From an uncultured Candidatus Saccharibacteria bacterium (GTDB taxonomy: Bacteria; Patescibacteriota; Doudnabacteria; UBA920), in contig CAYYQK010000005.1 of the NCBI GenBank assembly GCA_964473815.1, forward strand, positions 3,847-67,846: DNA of 64,000 nt. The letters are read 5' to 3'. The notes under the pieces are model-generated. The model was given only the letters and a program-made list of their open reading frames with translations, searched no databases and was not told the origin of the DNA. Below, piece after piece: positions 56,384 through 64,000 of this stretch. Position numbers and translations under genes: made by a program. Each line of letters begins with the position of its first letter. Positions within the stretch are counted from its first letter, which is position 1.

Positions 56384-57043
56384 TCAGGCCGACGCGCCGC
56401 TGACTTGATCGACGTGTGAAATCGGTAACGGGTAAGCCGAGTTAAGCTCGTCCCACTCCATTTCCTTGTCCGAAACCAGTTCGACCAGCGGTATGCCGCC
56501 TTCTGCGGCGTTTACAAGATCTAACACGTAAGCTTTGGCAAGCACCGGCGTTAGATTCGCCTCAGAGAACTCCCTAATCTTCGCCACGGCCCTTGTGAGT
56601 TTTTCCTCCTGGAAATCACAGTCGTGATCCGGGTGGCTAAACGTGTTCTTGTTGGCCATGTCGCCGGCGCAGCCGGTATGACTGAGGAAGTAAAATGAGG
56701 TGATGCCGTTTTCGATCATTATTTTTACGGCACTCATGGCGTTACACCTCACCGACTCATTCGGGCTTATCAGGTCATTAACTGAGCCTGCTACCCTGTG
56801 AGGATAGTACTGCCCGGGTTTGAGCCCCAGGATGTTCTCGGCGAAATTCCTGTGGGCCAAGGTCAGCCGTCTATCCATACATCCATAAATGATTGCTGTC
56901 GGCTGAACCGAATCATCGACCATAGGTAATAAAGCAATTTGTTTTCGTTGCATCTGTCCTCCGTGGGTTGTAATTAAACATGGGATGTTGCCGCCAAAAT
57001 TAGCGACAGATCTAAAAATAACAAATTTTGCATTGTCTGTCAA
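56384..57043 (-). CDS. Beta-class carbonic-anhydrase-like protein
   Basis: 'GCMDRRL' (CxDxR) and 'SHTGCAGD' (HxxCG) zinc-ligand motifs; GC content of the gene is visibly above the window average. Confidence 0.45.
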   Translation of the reverse strand: MTDNAKFVIFRSVANFGGNIPCLITTHGGQMQRKQIALLPMVDDSVQPTAIIYGCMDRRLTLAHRNFAENILGLKPGQYYPHRVAGSVNDLISPNESVRCNAMSAVKIMIENGITSFYFLSHTGCAGDMANKNTFSHPDHDCDFQEEKLTRAVAKIREFSEANLTPVLAKAYVLDLVNAAEGGIPLVELVSDKEMEWDELNSAYPLPISHVDQVSGASA

Positions 57044-57087
57044 CGATGTTAGAATAAAGAAAACAATCGTGATAATTTTAAAAATTT

Positions 57088-57705
57088 ATGATCAAAACTT
57101 TAATTCTCAATGCTTCATTGAAGCACAAAGATAATGCAGCGCCATCAAATACCGAGGAGCTCGCTCAGTTAGTTATCGACAATATGAAAAAATATGCTGG
57201 CGACGAGGAAGTTGATGCCGAAATTATTCGTTTAGCAGATTACAAAATTGATGTTGGTTTAGGTTTTCAAGAAAGCGATGATGACCAATGGCCGGAAATC
57301 GTAAACAAAATTCGCGAAGCAGATATAGTAATTTTTGCAACGCCAGTTTGGTGGGGACAACGAAGTAGCTTGATGCAGCGCGCCATCGAACGCATGGACG
57401 CTTTCGATGAAGAAGTAATTGCCGGTGGTCGTAAAGAGTTACTAAACAAAGTGGCAGCCGTAGTAGTAACAGGCAGCGAAGACGGCGCCCAGCAAGTCAT
57501 CGCCTCTATATTAGAGGTGCTAACCTTCATGAACTTTACTATTCCCCCTCAAGCTGGATGCTACTGGGTCGGTGAAGTTGGTGATGATCCAAAAAATGAA
57601 CGTGAACAAAGGCTGCAAAGCAAAGCCGCTCCTCACATGGCTGAAGTTACAGCTAAAAACCTTGTACAGATGGTAAAAATTTTAAAAACTAACCCGTTAG
57701 CGTAA
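57088..57705 (+). CDS. NAD(P)H-dependent FMN reductase / flavodoxin-like fold protein
   Basis: 'ILNASLK...TPVWWGQRSSLMQRAIER' flavodoxin-like motifs. Confidence 0.55.
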   Translation: MIKTLILNASLKHKDNAAPSNTEELAQLVIDNMKKYAGDEEVDAEIIRLADYKIDVGLGFQESDDDQWPEIVNKIREADIVIFATPVWWGQRSSLMQRAIERMDAFDEEVIAGGRKELLNKVAAVVVTGSEDGAQQVIASILEVLTFMNFTIPPQAGCYWVGEVGDDPKNEREQRLQSKAAPHMAEVTAKNLVQMVKILKTNPLA

Positions 57706-58473
57706 ATGCCGTTAGCAAAAATTCACACACATAGAACAAGATTAGGGAAAGATATAGTTGCTGAGTTTATGCCTTCACAACGGCAAAACAAAAAGCAGCG
57801 AGTCATTATTTTTTGTGATGGCGCCCCTACAATTCCAAACAAACGCAACCTAATGCTTGAATTTAGCAGATTAGGTTTTTGGGTTTTTCACCCTCGCTAT
57901 CGTGGAACTTGGGAAAGCGATGGTAAATTTTTACAACAGTCCCCTCATCTAGACGTTCTTGATTCAATCACCGCTATTTCTCATGGATTCAAAGATTTGT
58001 GGGATAACAAAAAGTACAAATTAAATCCCGATCAAATTATTTTGGTTGGCGGTAGTTTCGGAGGACCTGCCCAACTTCTTGCCGCTAAAGATGAGCGCGT
58101 TAGTAAAGCAGTGGTTTTCGCTCCTGTTATAGATTGGAAAAAATTAGGTAGCGATGAACCAATTAGTTTTATGAAGAAATTTTTTCCCGAAGCATTTGGG
58201 AATGGATACAGAGTCGCAAAAAACGGTTGGGAAAAACTTCAAACCGGAAAATTTTACAATCCAATGTACGAGAGTGATACCATCCCTGGAGAAAAAATTA
58301 TTATTTTCCACGCAAAAGACGACAAAAGTTGCCCTTACGGATTATCTAAAAAGTTTGCTGAAAAAATAGGCTGTAAATTTGTCCCTATAAACAAAGGTGG
58401 GCACCAAGGGACTTCTTTATTATTTGAACCGAGATACTTCAAAATTTTCAAAAAGTTTATTGATCAAATTTAA
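57706..58473 (+). CDS. Alpha/beta hydrolase (dienelactone hydrolase / peptidase S9-like)
   Basis: 'LVGGSFGG' nucleophile elbow GxSxG; C-terminal His. Confidence 0.5.
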   Translation: MPLAKIHTHRTRLGKDIVAEFMPSQRQNKKQRVIIFCDGAPTIPNKRNLMLEFSRLGFWVFHPRYRGTWESDGKFLQQSPHLDVLDSITAISHGFKDLWDNKKYKLNPDQIILVGGSFGGPAQLLAAKDERVSKAVVFAPVIDWKKLGSDEPISFMKKFFPEAFGNGYRVAKNGWEKLQTGKFYNPMYESDTIPGEKIIIFHAKDDKSCPYGLSKKFAEKIGCKFVPINKGGHQGTSLLFEPRYFKIFKKFIDQI

Positions 58474-58484
58474 TCAAAATAATT

Positions 58485-59510
58485 ATGAAAAATAAAATTA
58501 TCATTGCTATTGTGATTATTATTGCTTCATTGGGAACTGTAGTGTTTTGGAAGTATCAAAACAAGCAAAAGGAAGTAAAACGTCAACAGCAAGAACAAGC
58601 CAAGGCTGATGTTCCAGCAATAAACGGTTTACCGGTCAACGAAGGTGTAGCCACTACCAGACCTTTGGCTGTGGTTATTGAGAATCACCCTGATGCCCGC
58701 CCGCAGTCCGGATTGTACTTCGCAGACATTGTGTACGAAACACTCGCCGAAGGTGGTATTACTCGCCTGTTGGCTATTTTTCAAACTCAAACTCCAAAAG
58801 AGATCGGGCCAGTTCGCTCAGCCCGACCTTACTTTAACAACATCGCAGACCAGTGGCACGCTGCCTTCGCGCACGTGGGCGGCAGCGAACTGGCCCTTAG
58901 CGAACTCGACTCAGACGTCTACAAAAACTTAACAGACATTAATCAATTTTCTTTTGGTGATTATTTTTACCGCAGCAAAGAACGCGTCGCCCCACACAAC
59001 GCCTACACAACCACAGAATTAATGCGCACGCTGCTCACCAAAAAGAAGTGGGACAAATGGGAGCAGCGCCATCTCGGCGATTTCGAAACCATCCCAACCG
59101 AAAAACTGCAAACTACCGTCACACAAATTAACGCCAAATTCTTCAGCCCTGCCTTCAATGTTGAATTCGACTTCGACCCTAGCACCGGCCTCTACAACAG
59201 AATCAACGGCGCCAAGCCGTTCGTGGATGCAATCAATAACACACAAATTGCGCCGCGCAATGTGCTTATAGAATTTGTTGATGATTACTCTGTACCCATG
59301 ACCCCAGCAAACGGACTTGGTTTGCACCTAGACGAAGATGGTCGCGCCTTGCTGTTCACCGGCGGCGGTGTCACCGAAGGAACCTGGCGCTACAAAGACG
59401 GCTTCACTCAGTATATGGGTGCAAACAACCAAACAATGAAGTTCCAACCTGGCCAAACTTGGATCATCCTCATGCCAAAAAGTTTAACTAACAATGTAAC
59501 TTGGAAATAA
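58485..59510 (+). CDS. DUF3048-like secreted protein
   Basis: N-terminal TM/signal; 'SARPYFNNIADQWHAAFAHVGGS' typical of DUF3048. Confidence 0.4.
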   Translation: MKNKIIIAIVIIIASLGTVVFWKYQNKQKEVKRQQQEQAKADVPAINGLPVNEGVATTRPLAVVIENHPDARPQSGLYFADIVYETLAEGGITRLLAIFQTQTPKEIGPVRSARPYFNNIADQWHAAFAHVGGSELALSELDSDVYKNLTDINQFSFGDYFYRSKERVAPHNAYTTTELMRTLLTKKKWDKWEQRHLGDFETIPTEKLQTTVTQINAKFFSPAFNVEFDFDPSTGLYNRINGAKPFVDAINNTQIAPRNVLIEFVDDYSVPMTPANGLGLHLDEDGRALLFTGGGVTEGTWRYKDGFTQYMGANNQTMKFQPGQTWIILMPKSLTNNVTWK

Positions 59511-59511
59511 T

Positions 59512-59982
59512 ATGAAAATTAAAGTAAACCAAAAAGCTCCTGACTTCAAATTGCCAGACCAAAATGGCGACATGCACAAACTTGCTGACTACAAAGGTCA
59601 GTGGGTGTTAATTTATTTCTATCCAAAAGATGATACGTCCGGTTGCACCACCGAAGCTTGCGCCTTGCGCGACACATTCCCCAAATTTGGAAAGCTCAAG
59701 GCCAAAGTTTTAGGTGTGAGCATTGACTCAGTAGCAAGTCACAAAAAATTCGCAACCAAATACAAACTTCCCTTCACATTGTTAGCAGATGAAGATAAAA
59801 AGATGGTCGAAAAGTATGGTGTGTGGCAAGAAAAAAGTATGTACGGCCGCAAGTACATGGGCACCATTCGCAACTCTTACCTAGTTGACCCGAGTGGCAA
59901 AATTGTGCGAATATACGAGAAGGTCAAACCTGCAGACCACGCTGAGCAAGTTTTGACTGACCTCAAAGAACTCCAGAAATAA
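59512..59982 (+). CDS. bcp: Peroxiredoxin Bcp (thiol peroxidase)
   Basis: 'FYPKDDTSGCTTEACALRD' peroxiredoxin active site. Confidence 0.8.
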   Translation: MKIKVNQKAPDFKLPDQNGDMHKLADYKGQWVLIYFYPKDDTSGCTTEACALRDTFPKFGKLKAKVLGVSIDSVASHKKFATKYKLPFTLLADEDKKMVEKYGVWQEKSMYGRKYMGTIRNSYLVDPSGKIVRIYEKVKPADHAEQVLTDLKELQK

Positions 59983-59984
59983 CT

Positions 59985-60260
59985 ATGAACAAACACGTAA
60001 ACATTACAATTCACGGCAAAGTCCAAAAGGTGGGATTCCGATTTGCCGCTATTGAACAAGCTATAGACCTCGAGCTAACCGGCCTAGTCAAAAACTACGA
60101 AGATAACAAAGTTGTCATCGAAGTGGAAGGCGAAGTCGACCAACTCAAAAGATTCCTGCAATGGTGTCACGTTGGTCCGAAAGGCGCCAAAGTCGATAAA
60201 GTCGACTATGAGTCAACAGAAAATTTACAAAACTACGAAAAGTTTACCGCGGAAACCTAA
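59985..60260 (+). CDS. acyP: Acylphosphatase
   Basis: 'ITIHGKVQKVGFRF' and 'GLVKNYEDNKVVIEVEG' acylphosphatase signatures; 91 aa. Confidence 0.75.
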   Translation: MNKHVNITIHGKVQKVGFRFAAIEQAIDLELTGLVKNYEDNKVVIEVEGEVDQLKRFLQWCHVGPKGAKVDKVDYESTENLQNYEKFTAET

Positions 60261-60333
60261 GGCTGGGTCCGCGGTTTTAGTATTGACATTTCGCAAAAAT
60301 AAGCGCAAAATAGGGCCAAAGGAGGCTACTGCC

Positions 60334-60594
60334 ATGAAAACCTATTGGTTTGCAAAGGTGTCGTTCTTCTACCTCAGTTTCGCTTTGTTTGTTTCTGGTG
60401 TTATCCTGCCAATTTACGGTTTGTGGCAAGTCTATGCTGGGTTCAAAGATAAAAAGCATCTGGATGTCCAAATCCTGATGGATCGGTCAATGTTCCTCAC
60501 CGCGATCGGATCTATACTCATTATCCTGGGAATGTTGATCTACAAGATCGTAATGCATTTCGACAACTCCAGTGTCGCAAGCCGCGACAACTAA
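60334..60594 (+). CDS. Small two-TM membrane protein, hypothetical
   Basis: Start 'MKTYWFAKV' preceded by AAGGAGG; the ORF track's longer frame from 60112 is unlikely. Confidence 0.3.
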   Translation: MKTYWFAKVSFFYLSFALFVSGVILPIYGLWQVYAGFKDKKHLDVQILMDRSMFLTAIGSILIILGMLIYKIVMHFDNSSVASRDN

Positions 60595-60638
60595 AAAGCA
60601 CCGACTCTCCTGCCGGTGCTTTCGCTTTTCTATTTAAC

Positions 60639-61967
60639 TTAGTAATCTCGCAACTTATGAATGTCGCCGTGCTCTTTAATGCGTTCAAGAGCTTTAGCTT
60701 CAATCTGACGAATACGTTCGCGTGTTACGCCGAACTCTTCGCCCACTTCTTCCAATGTGTGAGTCACGCCGTCTTCCAAACCAAAACGCATCTTCAAAAT
60801 TTTCTGTTCGCGTGGGTCTAGGTCGCGCAAAATATTTTGCACATATTCTTTTAACAACTGGCGGCCTGCTTGTTCGGTTGGCTTTGGACGATCTTCATCT
60901 TCAATGAAATCTTGAAGGTAAGAACCTTCGTCATCTGGACCGTCATCGCCTACTGGGGCATCTATAGAAACAGTTTCCTGGGAAATTTTCTTTAAATGAT
61001 AGACTTTATCTACGTCGATTCCCATTTCGGCAGCAATTTCTTCTGGTAAGGGTTCGCGTCCCAAGTCTTGTACAAGAGAACGTTCAGCCTGGGCATACTT
61101 ATTCAAAGTTTCTACCATGTGCACTGGAATACGAATGGTGCGGGACTGGTCAGCCAAAGCACGAGTGATAGCCTGACGAATCCACCAAGTTGCATATGTC
61201 GAAAATTTAAAACCTTTGGTCCAATCGAACTTTTCTACAGCGCGGAACAAACCTAAGTTCCCTTCTTGAATCAAGTCGAGCAAACCAAGGTTACGGCCCA
61301 TGTACTTTTTCGCAATAGATACAACCAAACGCAAGTTCGCTTCGGTTAAACGCTTACGAGCGGCTTCATCACCTTTCAAAATTCTTTTTGCGAGTTCAAT
61401 TTCCTCTTCACTCTTCAAAAGTGGCACTTTACCGATTTCACGCAAGTACATTTGAATGCTGTCATCGTAAATATCGCCAAGGTCAAAACCTTCGAGCAGC
61501 TCATCTTTCTTTTTCTTACCAGCAGCTTCTTGCGCTGTTTCTTCACCACCACTCTTTTGTTCCCAAACGCTGGCTACTTCCTGATCAACAAGTTCAATCC
61601 CTTGCGCTTCCAAAGCATCCATAACGTGTTCAATTGTAGAAATATCATTTTCTAGAGTTGGGAACACGTGCAAAATTTCGGCTTCTGTAACGAAACCGCG
61701 AGCCTTACCTTTGTGCATCAACTCTGCGAGTTGTGCGTCCAGCTTAGCCTGTTCTGCTGGTTCGAGAAGTGGCTTCTTTATTTTCGCAATTGGCTTGTGA
61801 GCCGGCTTAACTACTTTCTTCACGCTCTTTTTAGCGACCACTTTTTTAATCGGCTTTGCAGGCTTGTGAGCCGGCTTCTTTGCCGCAGTCTTTGGACGCT
61901 TTGAAACAGCCACCTTTCGAGCTGGCTTGGTTGCCTTCTTATTCAATTTTTTGAGATTCTTTGCCAT
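60639..61967 (-). CDS. rpoD: RNA polymerase primary sigma factor (sigma-70)
   Basis: '[13 protein letters not shown]' region 2.4/2.3, region 4 HTH '[24 protein letters not shown]'; Lys-rich N-terminus. Confidence 0.9.
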   Translation of the reverse strand: MAKNLKKLNKKATKPARKVAVSKRPKTAAKKPAHKPAKPIKKVVAKKSVKKVVKPAHKPIAKIKKPLLEPAEQAKLDAQLAELMHKGKARGFVTEAEILHVFPTLENDISTIEHVMDALEAQGIELVDQEVASVWEQKSGGEETAQEAAGKKKKDELLEGFDLGDIYDDSIQMYLREIGKVPLLKSEEEIELAKRILKGDEAARKRLTEANLRLVVSIAKKYMGRNLGLLDLIQEGNLGLFRAVEKFDWTKGFKFSTYATWWIRQAITRALADQSRTIRIPVHMVETLNKYAQAERSLVQDLGREPLPEEIAAEMGIDVDKVYHLKKISQETVSIDAPVGDDGPDDEGSYLQDFIEDEDRPKPTEQAGRQLLKEYVQNILRDLDPREQKILKMRFGLEDGVTHTLEEVGEEFGVTRERIRQIEAKALERIKEHGDIHKLRDY

Positions 61968-62078
61968 TAAAAATATTAATTACTAACCAAACAAACATCT
62001 AACAAAAACAAACGTGGCAAAACAGAAACCCGCAGGTCTGTTCTGCTATATAATTACATATTAAAATGATTTTTATTT

Positions 62079-63884
62079 CTAACTTTCGAGTTTTTGCTCG
62101 AGAGCATATCGATCACTGCTTAATTCAGTAAATTTCTCGGTAAATTGTTTTACCGCTGAATCGTCGTGCAGGGACTCGGCTTTCTTGATGGCTGTCGTGG
62201 TATCTTGCAGTTGCTTATTGATACCAGCCTTCTTAAATAGATAAAAGCTCTTTTTTAGCTCACGCATTAGCGCCAGCTCATTGCCGTTTAGATTTTCTAA
62301 ACTAGATTCTACCATAAACTGAGCTTCGTTGGCAAGTGCCTCATTGGCCGGGGTTCGGTCTACTTCTGGCAGCGGTTCATTGATGAGTTTGGCGTTCATG
62401 AGTGGTCTGAGAGGCGGGGAAATGTATTCTGTGGGCAAACCCTCTTCAGCGACGAACGCGCGGTACTCCGAGTAAGTCATTAAGCCTCCCAAAATCTCCT
62501 TTTCGTGGATGCTTTCTTGGGTAACTTGGACCGGTTTTGGTAATGGATCGCGACGATTTGGTTGTTGATTAGGATTGATGTTCGGCTGCCCTAACGGTTT
62601 TAATGTAGCGCGGAGTTCGTTTTCGGTAACTGCAAATCGTTCGCTAATTAAACGTATGTAGTGGCCTTGCTCCAAGGGATTGGAAAGGTATCTGAGCAGT
62701 GGCACAACTTGTTCGGTTAAATATTGTTTTTGCTCTAAACTTCCAAACTGATGTTGGTGCTCAGCCAAGTCCAAATAGTAATCAATGAACCAAACTGCAT
62801 CGCCAACTGCTTTGCGCCATGAGCCGGGGTTTTTTGGGATTAGTTCGCCAGCGTCTTTGGCATCTTTTAATACGATGACTTTGATACGGAAGCCCATAGC
62901 GAGAGCAATTTCACCTGCGCGGCGCAGGGCTTGAATACCAGCTAAGTCTGCATCAAAACAAAACTTTAAATTTTTAGTCATTCGGCCAATGAGACGCAAG
63001 TGGTCATCAGTCATAGCCGTGCCGCTTGTGGCAACTGTGTTTTCAAATCCTGCCTGATGAGCCAAAATACAATCCATCTGACCTTCTACTATTACCGCTT
63101 CGTCGGCTTTACGGATTGCGAGCTTCGCGGTGTCGAGCCCAAACAAAAGTTTGCTTTTATTATAGACTGCTGTTTCTGGACTATTGATATACTTGGCTTG
63201 TGTTTGTCCGTCTTTAGTTGTCTCCGCACTCGGCATCACGCGTGCAGTGAATGCGACGGTTTCACCATAAAAATTGCGAATGGGGAAAGTTATTCTGTTG
63301 CGGAAACGATCGAAAATATTCCCACGGTCATTTTTGGCCACGACGCCCGCCGCAAGCGCTGCTTGTGATGTTACTTTTTTGGTTTGCAATGCTTTGCAGA
63401 GCGCATCGAAACTGTCTGGCGCAAACCCAATTTCCCATTTGGCAATTGTTTGGTCGTTAAGACCGCGGTCATTTAAATATTGCTTAGCTAGTTTGCCGGC
63501 TTCTGTGTTTAACTGCGCATGATAAAACTTCGCAGTAAAATTATTAATGCGAATTAAATCTTCAGTTTGCTTTTTATCTTCTTTGGCTTCGAAACTTCTT
63601 TCGGGTAAAGTCACGCCGGCTCGCGCTGCAAGTTGCTGTAATGCTTCCCGGAATTCTAAATTTTCGTAGCGCATCACAAAACCAAACACATCACCACCTT
63701 CGCCGCAACCAAAGCAATGCCAAATTTGCTTTTGCGGGGAGATCATCAGGCTGGCAGTTTTTTCATTATGGAAAGGGCAGGTAGCTTTAAAATTAGCCCC
63801 TGACTTTTTTACAGGAATGTACGATGAAATCACCTCAACAATGTCGAGTCTATCCTTAATATCTTGTAAAGTATTATCTGCCAT
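62079..63884 (-). CDS. dnaG: DNA primase
   Basis: Zinc-binding 'CPFHNEKTASL...WHCFGCGEGGD'; TOPRIM 'VIVEGQMDCI'; immediately upstream of rpoD (conserved dnaG-rpoD operon). Confidence 0.9.
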   Translation of the reverse strand: MADNTLQDIKDRLDIVEVISSYIPVKKSGANFKATCPFHNEKTASLMISPQKQIWHCFGCGEGGDVFGFVMRYENLEFREALQQLAARAGVTLPERSFEAKEDKKQTEDLIRINNFTAKFYHAQLNTEAGKLAKQYLNDRGLNDQTIAKWEIGFAPDSFDALCKALQTKKVTSQAALAAGVVAKNDRGNIFDRFRNRITFPIRNFYGETVAFTARVMPSAETTKDGQTQAKYINSPETAVYNKSKLLFGLDTAKLAIRKADEAVIVEGQMDCILAHQAGFENTVATSGTAMTDDHLRLIGRMTKNLKFCFDADLAGIQALRRAGEIALAMGFRIKVIVLKDAKDAGELIPKNPGSWRKAVGDAVWFIDYYLDLAEHQHQFGSLEQKQYLTEQVVPLLRYLSNPLEQGHYIRLISERFAVTENELRATLKPLGQPNINPNQQPNRRDPLPKPVQVTQESIHEKEILGGLMTYSEYRAFVAEEGLPTEYISPPLRPLMNAKLINEPLPEVDRTPANEALANEAQFMVESSLENLNGNELALMRELKKSFYLFKKAGINKQLQDTTTAIKKAESLHDDSAVKQFTEKFTELSSDRYALEQKLES

Positions 63885-64000
63885 ATCACTTTAATTTAAC
63901 AGTAAAAGGGCTGCTTTAGCAACTCGACAAAAGGGCAAATAAGTGTTAAAATAAACTGTATTTTGGAGGTTTATTCTAATTTTAGAAATAGGGAGAGGTC

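Noticed and set aside
60112-60594. 160-aa ORF overlapping the 3' end of acyP
   Set aside because: The N-terminal 74 residues overlap acyP in another frame. The hydrophobic membrane portion begins at an internal Met with a perfect RBS (60334).

Overview
Low-GC (~38-40%) bacterial chromosome segment whose gene content resembles a Candidate Phyla Radiation / Patescibacteria-like organism; this is inference from gene content only. It mixes housekeeping operons with several accessory modules.

Housekeeping genes (both strands) include infC-rpmI-rplT, trpS, murI, nrdR-nrdA-nrdB, guaC-like, mscL, dsbA/dsbB-like, bcp, acylphosphatase, rsgA, and dnaG-rpoD.

Accessory modules:
(a) A partial type IV secretion / conjugation-like cluster at the left edge: VirB2-like pilin, VirB6-like, VirB3-like and a VirB4 ATPase, followed by an M23 peptidase.
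(b) Immediately next to it, a complete diversity-generating retroelement (DGR). It comprises a target gene with a C-terminal variable region (VR), an Avd-like gene, a 130-bp template repeat (TR), and a reverse transcriptase (RT) with the DGR-diagnostic IGxxxSQ motif. TR and VR differ at 14 positions, all adenine-specific. The RT reading frame is broken at a G10 homopolymer.
(c) A GC-elevated (~48-50%) three-gene island with its own canonical sigma-70 promoter and flanking terminators. It encodes an unknown protein, a J-domain (HPD) protein and a B12-binding-type radical SAM enzyme. This is the best candidate for an undescribed system.
(d) A tRNA gene (Asn-GUU or Thr-UGU) interrupted in the anticodon loop by a 223-nt group I intron carrying recognisable P/Q/R/S elements.
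(e) A type IV minor-pilin operon, a cluster of VOC/glyoxalase paralogs, a bacterial SET-domain protein, a solitary MazF-like toxin, and a PAS-GGDEF-EAL protein.

No CRISPR array or rRNA was seen.
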